Shown here piece by piece: positions 55,563 to 64,000 of a DNA stretch of 64,000 nt. The DNA comes from Candidatus Thorarchaeota archaeon. GTDB lineage: Archaea > Asgardarchaeota > Thorarchaeia > Thorarchaeales > Thorarchaeaceae. Positions within the stretch are counted from its first letter, which is position 1, and each line of letters opens with the position of its first letter. A program made the position numbers and the translations under genes. The DNA lies in the NCBI GenBank assembly GCA_016933575.1, contig JAFGAR010000081.1:192001-256000 (forward strand), in the 5' to 3' direction. The notes beneath the pieces are model-generated. The model saw only the letters and a list, made by a program, of their open reading frames with translations, searched no databases and was not told the DNA's origin.

Positions 55563-57491
55563 CTACCTTGTCAATCCTTTGGGCTTGAGTTCATCTACAA
55601 CAAAGTCTAAACCGAGTTCATGTAGCTTGGTTTCTTTGGGGAATCCGGTTTCCTTGTCACATCCCCGATACTCATAGTATTCATCAAGCATCTCATCAAG
55701 ATCTGGAAGACCGCCCTTTGCAGGTCCTGTGGGCATTGGTTCTTTCAAGAGTCTAGGTGGAAGTGTTTCCTCTTTTCTGGTCACTCCTAATCTGTGGTTG
55801 AATGCACGTCTGAGATGACTAATTCTCTCTGCTGTCTGGCGTACGTATTTTTGATTACCCCACTCCTCCATCCCTGTTAAGGATGGAATGACATTCACAA
55901 AGGTATCAAAGTAGAACACTGGAGGCCACATGGTTGCATATTTGCAGATAACTGCTGAGTCAACGAGGGCATAGAGGTCTTCCATATCCCACACAACCTG
56001 ACCCTTATACTTCGGTGACATGATGTCAAGTATTTCATCTGCCTTCTCTTTTCCAAAACGTTCAATGACAATATCTGGATATCCGAGCTCTTCGAGACTT
56101 GAGAGGCTCCGGAGGTGATCTGCTCCTCGTACATTAGTTGCATAAGTCAGGCCAATACTCTGGTGCGCCCGTGGGTCCTGTCCAGAGGCCTCGAGACCCT
56201 TCACATGCACTGCATATCTCCAGGCATCTCCACCTATCTGTTCTGCTGCCTTTCTAACACCATTTGCCAGGATCTTACCAATCCCTTTACGCTTTGCAAT
56301 CAGCTCAACTAGCTGGACCTGAGCCTCTTGATTGCCCCATGTGAGTTCAATTCCATCAGTGTCTTTCTTTGTCAAGATACCTTTCTCATAGAGTTCCATT
56401 GCGAATCCAATGGTCTTTCCACAAGAGATGGTGTCAAGTCCGAGAAGGTCACACCGCTTCCCAAGGTGAAAGATAGACTCGATGTCATTGTTCAGGCAGT
56501 TCGAACCGAAGGCCATAAGCGTCTCATACTCCGGTCCTCCAATGGGATCTGTCGGATAGTCACCATCATTGACTCGGATGATGTATTTACAACCAACTGC
56601 ACACCCATGACATGCTTCCTGTGCAATCCTGTATTTCTCAGCAATGATCTCCGGACCGATATCATCTGCAAACTCGTAGAATCCTGTCCAGTGGTTCTTT
56701 GTTGGTAGTCTTCCTATCTCATTGATGACTGCAACAAGGTCTGTAGTCCCATACTTACGGAGTGATGCCAAGGAGTCCTTCCAGAGTGGGTCACTGAGTT
56801 TCTCCATCTCACGAGCATTAGCCTCAAGATATTTGTCCATGTCGTAAGCTTCGATACCAAGCGAGCCCGAGGCTGCCAGACCCTTTACATTCTTTGAACC
56901 CAAAACAGCTCCGAGACCAGCTCTTCCTGCAGCACGATAGAAATCAACGATGACCGAGCTATAGGGTACGCCATTCTCACCTGCAGGTCCAATAACTGCA
57001 GTCTCTATTGTTGGGTCTTTAAGTCCCTCTCGAATCATCTGGGTTGTGATGTTTGTTTCCTGGCCCCAGAGATGTGATGCATCCTTGAGTTCAGCCTTTC
57101 CATCGTTCATGAAGAGATAGACAGGTCTCTTTGAACGACCATTGAAGATTACGAAGTCAAATCCTGCGTACTTCATCTCTGGTCCAAAGAAACCACCAAC
57201 GTGACTCTCAGCCCATACACCTGTTAGAGGACCTCTTGCTGCAAACATCATTCTCCCTGAAGGAGAGAACATGGAACCAGTGAGGGGTCCTGTTCCAACT
57301 ATAAGTACATTATCTGGTGAGAGTGGGTCAGTCTTTGGTCCGGTCCGCTCCCAGAGAATCTTGGATGCTACACCACTACCTCCCAGGTATAGTCTAGCCC
57401 ACTCTTTCTCCATCTCCTTTTTGTGAACGATACCTTTGGTGAGATCAACCTCGAGGTAATGGCCTGCATAACCCTTGTATGGAAATGTCAT
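55563..57491 (-). CDS. tungsten aldehyde:ferredoxin oxidoreductase family enzyme (copy 2)
   Basis: GPLTG, GRAGLGAVLGSK, CHGCAVGC, GPEYET and GLDTIS motifs. Confidence 0.95.
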   Translation of the reverse strand: MTFPYKGYAGHYLEVDLTKGIVHKKEMEKEWARLYLGGSGVASKILWERTGPKTDPLSPDNVLIVGTGPLTGSMFSPSGRMMFAARGPLTGVWAESHVGGFFGPEMKYAGFDFVIFNGRSKRPVYLFMNDGKAELKDASHLWGQETNITTQMIREGLKDPTIETAVIGPAGENGVPYSSVIVDFYRAAGRAGLGAVLGSKNVKGLAASGSLGIEAYDMDKYLEANAREMEKLSDPLWKDSLASLRKYGTTDLVAVINEIGRLPTKNHWTGFYEFADDIGPEIIAEKYRIAQEACHGCAVGCKYIIRVNDGDYPTDPIGGPEYETLMAFGSNCLNNDIESIFHLGKRCDLLGLDTISCGKTIGFAMELYEKGILTKKDTDGIELTWGNQEAQVQLVELIAKRKGIGKILANGVRKAAEQIGGDAWRYAVHVKGLEASGQDPRAHQSIGLTYATNVRGADHLRSLSSLEELGYPDIVIERFGKEKADEILDIMSPKYKGQVVWDMEDLYALVDSAVICKYATMWPPVFYFDTFVNVIPSLTGMEEWGNQKYVRQTAERISHLRRAFNHRLGVTRKEETLPPRLLKEPMPTGPAKGGLPDLDEMLDEYYEYRGCDKETGFPKETKLHELGLDFVVDELKPKGLTR

Positions 57492-57979
57492 TCTTGCCCC
57501 TCCTCAATCTGAATTCTTAGTGTTCTAAAGGCTGGAGTGACTCCTCTTCTTCGCTGTTGAAGACCTGATGGTTCTCGCTTTACTAGAGTGATAGCTCCAT
57601 ACTCACATGCCTTCGCGCATGCAGGGTCTCCTGAGCATAGGTCACACTTCACTGCCTTCTTTGTCACTGGATCGATAGCAATGCCGCCATATACACATGC
57701 AGTCACACAGTTCATGCAACCAATACAGAGCGCACTATCTACATAGAGAATACCATATTCGTTCTCAATAATTGCTCCATTGGGACATGCTTCTTGGCAC
57801 AGCGGGTCTTCGCATTGGAGACATACCATTGGTAACAACATATTCCTCACCTCGTCCTTCAGAATCTGTATCCTTGACCGCTTAGGATTGAAGGACTGGG
57901 AGTGCACCACGGAACAGGCAAGTTCACAATTACGACACCCGGTACAACGATTGATGTCGATGGTAAGTATCTCGCTCAT
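57488..57979 (-). CDS. 4x[4Fe-4S] electron-transfer subunit of AOR-family enzyme
   Basis: CTGCRNCELAC, CLQCEDPLC, CIGCMNC and KCDLC motifs. Confidence 0.92.
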   Translation of the reverse strand: MSEILTIDINRCTGCRNCELACSVVHSQSFNPKRSRIQILKDEVRNMLLPMVCLQCEDPLCQEACPNGAIIENEYGILYVDSALCIGCMNCVTACVYGGIAIDPVTKKAVKCDLCSGDPACAKACEYGAITLVKREPSGLQQRRRGVTPAFRTLRIQIEEGQE

Positions 57980-58162
57980 GAGACAATCACTCCAGTGATT
58001 TAATCGGCTTCTTCCTTCTCTTTATCATGCCTTTAAGGTGTTCCTCTTGGACGCCATACATCCTACAAACATATTAGTGGAGCAGATTTTGATTTCCTAT
58101 CTCAGCATATTGTGTTCACTATGCCCTGAACTCGTAAAAGTAATAGCTGTAGATGTGGGACT

Positions 58163-59965
58163 ATGAGACCGTCATATCAACGAGAGCCGTCCCCAGAGAG
58201 GCTACAATTTAGACAAGTCGCAGATGAAATGCTCATACCAGTAGTTGAGTTCGATCTAGATTTTATTATGCAATATGCCAATCCTGCTGCCATCGAGATG
58301 CTGCAACTGAATGTGCATCGATTCAATGCAGGTATTCATGCTGATGATCTAGTACTTGCTGAACAACAGGCTCTTATCCATGAAGGTCTGAATCTTTTAC
58401 GTGCCGGGTCTGTTCCCACGTCAATCTCCCTTCGTCTCATCAAGGGGACTGGTGTAGCTATTCCTTCTCAAGTCTATGCTGATGCTATCACCAATGGGTC
58501 TGATGTGGCTGGATTTGTTGTCTATGCTGTTGACTTGACTCGGAGAGAGGCTGCAGAAGCAAAGATACTCTCTCGTAAAGAAGTCTTAGAGTTCATGGTT
58601 GACTATTACAGCTTTAGCGGCATTATCATCGTGGATAACAAGTATACCTTTGAGTATGTTAATGACAAGATGTGCGACATCCTTGGAAGGATGCGTAGTG
58701 AGGTCCTTGGGCATGACTTTCGTGAATTCCTCCATCACGATAGTGTTGATCTGGTGGCTGACCGCTATCGAAGGCGGCAGATGGGCGAAGAGGTTCCATC
58801 TGAGTATGAACTCAAGATTGTTCGGAAGGATGGAGAAATTCGTGATATTCGAATGAATGTGGGTGCAATTCAGGGAAAGGATGGAAAGACCCGGACGGTT
58901 GCTCAACTCCTCGATATCACTGATGAGAATCGCCGTGCTCATGCGCTTGAAGAATCTGAACATAGATACCGTTCTCTCATCGAGACCATGGATTCTGGCC
59001 TAAGTGTTGATAATGGCGATGGTAGGATGGTGCTGGTCAATAATGCTCTTTGTAGAATGTTGGGCTATGATTCTCCTCCAGAACTCATTGGTCATCGTAT
59101 AACCGAGATTCTTCACGGGTGGACTGAAAACCATGTCCATGAGAAGGTCGAGGCACGAAAGGCTGGAAAGATCGAGCATTACGAGGCGCAACTTATCCAC
59201 AAGACTGGCGGCGTGGTCCCGGTTGTGGTCACTGCCACACCAGTATTAGATAAGAATGGGCAATATATGGGATCCATGGGAGTCTTTACAGATATCTCTG
59301 AGCTCAAGAAGACAGAAGCAGAGGTACACTTTCTCTTGGACCTCCTTCTTCACGATATTGGCAATCAATTGCAATTGATCATCGCAGGTGGAGACTTCTT
59401 AGAAAAAGACATACCGTCTGAACAGATACTCCGATCAAAACGCTACATAATGGACGGAGCCTTAAGATGTCTTGAACTGATCCAAAAGGTGCGACGTGCT
59501 GAGGAGTCGAAGTCTGAACCTTTATCTCCTACTCATCTGTGCACCGTAGCCGAGGCGGAAGCAGAGCTTCTATTCAAACAAAGGGGTGTCCGTGCAGACC
59601 TCTGTGGGTTGGAGCAAGATGTCGTTGTCTATGCAGATCAGGCATTGAGCCAATTGATCTGGAACCTTCTTGAGAATGCAGTGATTCATAATAATAAGGA
59701 AGACAAAGACAAGAACATCGAGGTATCTGGACGGTCCGAGGATGACCAATTCATACTTACAATCGCTGATAATGGTCCCGGTATTCCAAATGGCAAGAAG
59801 AACGAGCTCTTTGACCCTACTAGACGATACGGCGGGGTCGGCCTGCATCTGGTCCGTCGTCTTGCTGAGAAGTATAGTGGAAGCTCACCTATTGTTCGAG
59901 ACCGTGTGACTGACCATCCCGAAGAGGGTCTGGCCATCGATATACGCTTCCGCGTAGTCAAGTGA
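58163..59965 (+). CDS. cytoplasmic 3xPAS sensor histidine kinase
   Basis: Three PAS repeats, H-box HDIGN, NLLENA, DNGPG, GGVGL. Confidence 0.92.
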   Translation: MRPSYQREPSPERLQFRQVADEMLIPVVEFDLDFIMQYANPAAIEMLQLNVHRFNAGIHADDLVLAEQQALIHEGLNLLRAGSVPTSISLRLIKGTGVAIPSQVYADAITNGSDVAGFVVYAVDLTRREAAEAKILSRKEVLEFMVDYYSFSGIIIVDNKYTFEYVNDKMCDILGRMRSEVLGHDFREFLHHDSVDLVADRYRRRQMGEEVPSEYELKIVRKDGEIRDIRMNVGAIQGKDGKTRTVAQLLDITDENRRAHALEESEHRYRSLIETMDSGLSVDNGDGRMVLVNNALCRMLGYDSPPELIGHRITEILHGWTENHVHEKVEARKAGKIEHYEAQLIHKTGGVVPVVVTATPVLDKNGQYMGSMGVFTDISELKKTEAEVHFLLDLLLHDIGNQLQLIIAGGDFLEKDIPSEQILRSKRYIMDGALRCLELIQKVRRAEESKSEPLSPTHLCTVAEAEAELLFKQRGVRADLCGLEQDVVVYADQALSQLIWNLLENAVIHNNKEDKDKNIEVSGRSEDDQFILTIADNGPGIPNGKKNELFDPTRRYGGVGLHLVRRLAEKYSGSSPIVRDRVTDHPEEGLAIDIRFRVVK

Positions 59966-60035
59966 ATTTTGAGTGACCGCAAGCATTATGTCATATCGTT
60001 GTAAGAGGTGACTCCGTATTGGAGGAACATCGAAT

Positions 60036-61430
60036 ATGTGCCCAGACTCTATATTGATCAAGAACGGGTATATCCTGACCCTGAATCCACAACGTCACAT
60101 CATTCAGGATGGTGCGATCCATATTGAGGGAAACAAGATTGTTGATATTGGAAAGACTGAGAGTCTAAAGAGACATAAGGCAGAGACCATCATTGATGCA
60201 ACGAATAAGATAGTCATGCCTGGTCTTATTGACACCCACATGCACCTTGCACAGGCATTGATTCGTGGGTGTGCTGATGATGTATCCCTTGTTGACTGGT
60301 TGAAGAAGTATGTCTGGGTACTTCAGGGCAACTTCACCAAGGAGGATGGTAAGGTCTCTGCAGAACTCTGTATGGCTGAGATGATCCGAACAGGGACTAC
60401 ATCATTCATTGAATGCATGATTCATACACGCTATGGCTTTGACGGGATTGCCAAGAGTCTTGAGAGGGTTGGAATGCGAGGTGCCTTGTCTAAGATAGTG
60501 ATGGACTCCACCGGATACGCTGATAGCTCTGAGATTATGTATCCCGGGATGGTCGAGGATGCCGAGGCATGTCTTGCAGAGGTTGAACAGATGTATCCTC
60601 GTTGGCATGGCAAGGCGAATGGACGGATACAGGTATGGTATGGTCTCCGGTCTCTTGGTGGTGTCACTCCTGAGTTATTCCGAGAGGTTGCTCATCTGAC
60701 CCGAGAGAAGAAGACCAAGATGACCATGCATCTAGGCGAGGTGGTTGATGACGTCCGCTTTGTCAAAGATAACTATGGTACAAATCTTACCGGATTCGCA
60801 AGACAGAACAATCTACTTGGTCCTGAGATGATCTTCGCACACGGTATTCATTTTGAGGATGCCGAATTGAAGATCCTTGCAGAAACCCGATCGAACATCT
60901 GCCATTGTCCGGCAAGCAATACAAAACTTGCCTCTGGATTTGCGAAGATACCTCAGATGCTAGAGCTCGGAGTCCCTGTGTCCCTCGGGTGTGATGGTGG
61001 TCCCAGTAACAATACCTATGATATGATTCGCGAGATGCGACTTGCAGCTCTCATCCACAAACCCATCGCGAAGGACCCTCTTGTCGTGAGTGCTGAGGAT
61101 GTCATCGAAATGGCTACTCTGGGGGGTGCAGTTGCCATGGGGACTGATGATAAGGTTGGGTCTCTCGAAGTCGGGAAACTTGCAGACATCATCCTGATAG
61201 ACATGCATGAGTTAGGACTGACCCCTGCGGTGAATCCTGTGTCCAGTCTTGTATATAGCGGGAGTGGTCAGAGCGTCGACACTGTGATTGTTGATGGGAA
61301 GGCGCTCATGAGTGACAAGCAGTTGCTGACTCTTGATGTCGAGAGTATCATGACTAAAGCTCGGTCGCATATAGTTGATCTTCTAGAACGCTCAGAGGTG
61401 GACATCCATCCGAAGTGGCCTGTTCTCTAG
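60036..61430 (+). CDS. amidohydrolase (MTA/SAH/purine deaminase, SsnA-like family)
   Basis: DTHMH, GTT, HLGE, AHGIH, HCPASN and GCDG motifs. Confidence 0.92.
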   Translation: MCPDSILIKNGYILTLNPQRHIIQDGAIHIEGNKIVDIGKTESLKRHKAETIIDATNKIVMPGLIDTHMHLAQALIRGCADDVSLVDWLKKYVWVLQGNFTKEDGKVSAELCMAEMIRTGTTSFIECMIHTRYGFDGIAKSLERVGMRGALSKIVMDSTGYADSSEIMYPGMVEDAEACLAEVEQMYPRWHGKANGRIQVWYGLRSLGGVTPELFREVAHLTREKKTKMTMHLGEVVDDVRFVKDNYGTNLTGFARQNNLLGPEMIFAHGIHFEDAELKILAETRSNICHCPASNTKLASGFAKIPQMLELGVPVSLGCDGGPSNNTYDMIREMRLAALIHKPIAKDPLVVSAEDVIEMATLGGAVAMGTDDKVGSLEVGKLADIILIDMHELGLTPAVNPVSSLVYSGSGQSVDTVIVDGKALMSDKQLLTLDVESIMTKARSHIVDLLERSEVDIHPKWPVL

Positions 61431-61434
61431 TACT

Positions 61435-62637
61435 CTATGAGATGATGGCCTCTCGTTCGAACAATTTTGCACCGATGAGCAGGAACACTATGGTAAAGCC
61501 CATCATGTAGGCGACATTGATAGAGAGCCCTATTAGAGTCCCAGTCCCTGCGAGTACTGCATTCAGGAAGAGAATCGCATGACTGAATGGTATAGCAAGG
61601 ATGAACCATCCTAAGACCCCGCCATATTGCAGAATACTTCCCGTGAAACCGAGTATTCCTATGACGAAGGTTGGGATGAGCATGACCATGCTGTTCACTG
61701 ACTCTGCAGTTGCTCTGTCCTTTGCAAGGCATGATATCACCACTCCTATCCCGATCGCACACAGAAGTACCAGGAACTGACAGAACATGATGAGCGGAAT
61801 TGTGTTCGCGTTCACTGTATAGGTGTTGATGTTTACCTGTTGATATTCGGGGGGAAGTCCTGCAACTCTCAGAATGATTGAGTAGTTGTAGGTGAGAATT
61901 CCTACTGCGGTGAACACAGAATAGATTGCCGTGAGAGCCACGCCTGCAACAAGCTTTGAACCAAGTATCTTGATTCGACTCATTGGAACTACCAGTAATG
62001 CCTCAAGTGTCTTTGACTCTCGCTCCCCTGCAAAAGACTTGCTAATGTATGGTGCAGGCGCGAGAACCGAGGTCAACATGACCAGGAAGATGGCCAACTG
62101 ATGTCCGTAATTTGCTTCTGGGGCTATTGTATACCAGTTCACACTGAGGTCTCGCACGACGATAACCTCGTTGATGACAATCTTTGAGAAGGCGTCTAAT
62201 CGTGCTGCCGCAGCAGTTGCCCTGAAATTACCAGTATTCACCCAGATCACCATGGTGGTTTCGTTATTGAGCAGTAGATCTTGCGTAAAGTTCTCAGGTA
62301 TCCACACCCACACCGAGACCGTCTTTTCTATGACCATCCTCTCTCCTTCAGCCCGTGATACATTGACAAGGGGGTCAATCAGGAGTATTGTTTTGTTCTT
62401 CACAATCTCCTCGTACAATGTTCTGGCCCATTCACCATCATCCTCAACAGTAATGTAGACCATCTCTGATTCTTCTGATGTTTGGGCAACAATGAAGGAT
62501 AGAAATGCTCCTTGGAACACCCACGCAAACATCGGACTGATGATGAAACCAAGGATGAGCCAACGCGAGCGGAAGACCTCCCTGACCTCTTTCCGTATCA
62601 TCCAGAGTGTCTTGACATCTAATGCTGGCCGTTTCAT
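61435..62637 (-). CDS. ABC-2 type exporter permease
   Basis: KEVRE and GERESKTLEALLVVP motifs; 6 TM helices. Confidence 0.9.
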   Translation of the reverse strand: MKRPALDVKTLWMIRKEVREVFRSRWLILGFIISPMFAWVFQGAFLSFIVAQTSEESEMVYITVEDDGEWARTLYEEIVKNKTILLIDPLVNVSRAEGERMVIEKTVSVWVWIPENFTQDLLLNNETTMVIWVNTGNFRATAAAARLDAFSKIVINEVIVVRDLSVNWYTIAPEANYGHQLAIFLVMLTSVLAPAPYISKSFAGERESKTLEALLVVPMSRIKILGSKLVAGVALTAIYSVFTAVGILTYNYSIILRVAGLPPEYQQVNINTYTVNANTIPLIMFCQFLVLLCAIGIGVVISCLAKDRATAESVNSMVMLIPTFVIGILGFTGSILQYGGVLGWFILAIPFSHAILFLNAVLAGTGTLIGLSINVAYMMGFTIVFLLIGAKLFEREAIIS

Positions 62638-63416
62638 AGTGCACCCTCTCCATACACTCCTTCACCTGTCACGAGACCGGTGAATACTTCCTCAAGATTA
62701 GCAGCCTTGAATTTCTCTTCCAATTGACTTGGTTTTCCTACAGCAATTAGCTTCCCCTCGTTGAGGATTCCCACCCTATCACAGAGCTCTTTCACCTCAT
62801 TGAGGTCGTGTGTTGTGAGGATTATTGTCCGCTGCTCCTCAGCGCTCAGTTTCTTCAGAAGATTCCGAACCACTCGTGCTCCCAGTGTGTCTATTGCAGT
62901 GGTTGGTTCATCAAGGAACAGAATCTCTGGCTCAATGACCAAGGCTCGTGCAACAAGCACCTTGCGTTTCATACCACCACTAAAACCCTTTACCTGATAG
63001 TCCTCTTTGTCTTTCAATCCTACTATCTGAAGCAGTCTATCAGCTCTCTTTTCCAGATCCTCTTCTGGGATTCCGTAGAGCCCTCCATAATAGACCAGGT
63101 TCTCTCGTGCCGTGAGTCTATCGTAGATCCCTGCCTCTTGAGGCAGGAGCCCTACTCGTTCTCGAATGTAGTCGATGTCTTCAGTGACATCTTTTCCCAG
63201 AACGAATGCCCTTCCCTCAGTAGGGGTAAGCAAGCCTACCAGGATACGAATGAGAGTTGTCTTCCCGGCACCATTGGTTCCAAGGAGTCCAAAGACCTCT
63301 CCTCTGTGAATCTCTAGGTCGACGTTATCGAGAGCTCGCACTTCTCTCTTTTTGCCCTTCTCAAAGATCTTTGTGAGTCCTTCAGTTCTGATGACAATAT
63401 CTCCTTCTATTACCAT
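62634..63416 (-). CDS. ABC exporter ATP-binding protein
   Basis: GTNGAGKTT, FSGGMKRK and LDEPT motifs. Confidence 0.95.
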   Translation of the reverse strand: MVIEGDIVIRTEGLTKIFEKGKKREVRALDNVDLEIHRGEVFGLLGTNGAGKTTLIRILVGLLTPTEGRAFVLGKDVTEDIDYIRERVGLLPQEAGIYDRLTARENLVYYGGLYGIPEEDLEKRADRLLQIVGLKDKEDYQVKGFSGGMKRKVLVARALVIEPEILFLDEPTTAIDTLGARVVRNLLKKLSAEEQRTIILTTHDLNEVKELCDRVGILNEGKLIAVGKPSQLEEKFKAANLEEVFTGLVTGEGVYGEGAL

Positions 63417-63441
63417 GTCTTCTTGCTCCTTCTGGGCGGAA

Positions 63442-63999
63442 TTATTTTACATGCTCAACCTTTGGAAATGGTGGTTCGCCTTTCAGGTCAAGGAGATACT
63501 CGTAGGCTCTAGCGGTCTCCTCATCCCCACCCTCGATAAACAGAGTTACTGAACCCTCAGCTCCATTTACACCGCCTGCGGCAATTGGAATTGCTTCCAC
63601 TTCAAAGAGTGCCTCTAAAGCCTCAATCTCTGTGAAGGTGATACCTTGCGTCACTGCCATAATGCCTACTGGAGTACCAATCGCATAGTCCCAGTCATCC
63701 TTGCCAAATTGACCGCAGAACTCATCATATGATGCAGGAATGCACTTCTCAAGACCAACAGCCATGATGATTTTGATATTCTTCGCACAGGCTGCTCCAA
63801 TGAAGGCTCCGACAGTACCCCCGGTGGGACTTGCAAGCAATACGAGTGGCGTGTAGTTCTCATCTATAGCATTTGCATTCTTGATGATGACATCATCCGG
63901 ACCAAGCTTGTCCAAGATGTCCACGACCTTGGTGTTCTCCACATACTGGCCCTTATGGAAGATGGCATCTGTATACCTCTTTGTCCCATCTGTGATTGC
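63442..63999 (-). CDS. hypothetical protein (frame open to the window end; 5' part outside)
   Basis: IKNANAID...GGTVG...VGLEK...AAGGVNGAEG; no in-frame stop up to 63999. Confidence 0.75.
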   Translation of the reverse strand, partial: AITDGTKRYTDAIFHKGQYVENTKVVDILDKLGPDDVIIKNANAIDENYTPLVLLASPTGGTVGAFIGAACAKNIKIIMAVGLEKCIPASYDEFCGQFGKDDWDYAIGTPVGIMAVTQGITFTEIEALEALFEVEAIPIAAGGVNGAEGSVTLFIEGGDEETARAYEYLLDLKGEPPFPKVEHVK

Positions 64000-64000
64000 T

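Noticed and set aside
1158-63317. Numerous Ser-rich or short antisense/alternate-frame ORFs in the track (e.g. 1158..1598, 3294..3800, 49758..50297, 62808..63317)
   Set aside because: They are shadows of well-supported genes on the other strand or frame.
1-64000. CRISPR array, rRNA, transposase or integrase
   Set aside because: No regularly spaced repeats, rRNA-like segments or recombinase/transposase motifs were seen by eye.

Overview
Archaeal chromosomal window, most likely an Asgard archaeon. Thorarchaeia is an inference from the roadblock/LC7 protein, the Get3-like ATPase, an LRR-type protein, a 9/4 tRNA-Sec, and SelB with a eukaryote-like domain IV. In order the window contains: the tail of a ribosomal protein operon (rpl22-rps3-rpl29-rnp1-rps17-rpl14); hypD, mobA and hdrA; GGGP synthase; a tfb gene; a ~2.8 kb insertion bracketed by an intact aIF1/SUI1 gene and a diverged duplicate of its 3' two-thirds; rpoP; a Get3/ArsA ATPase followed by a tiny tail-anchored peptide; a selenocysteine cluster (selB-sepSecS-unknown ORF-tRNA-Sec, convergent with pstK); a second tfb; leuS; mvhDG plus a hydrogenase large subunit lacking its C-terminal Ni motif (VhuA type); and a ~15 kb cluster of two tungsten AOR-family modules mixed with nucleobase-type amidohydrolases and a PreA-like flavoprotein. 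Features missed by the ORF track and found by eye are tRNA-Sec, rpoP, rpl14, two small membrane ORFs, the SUI1 fragment, an out-of-frame AUG minigene over the GUG start of aIF1, several structured intergenic RNAs, and a repeated ATTGT-N7-ACAAT palindrome. All calls are from motif recognition and manual base-pairing; no searches or folding programs were run.
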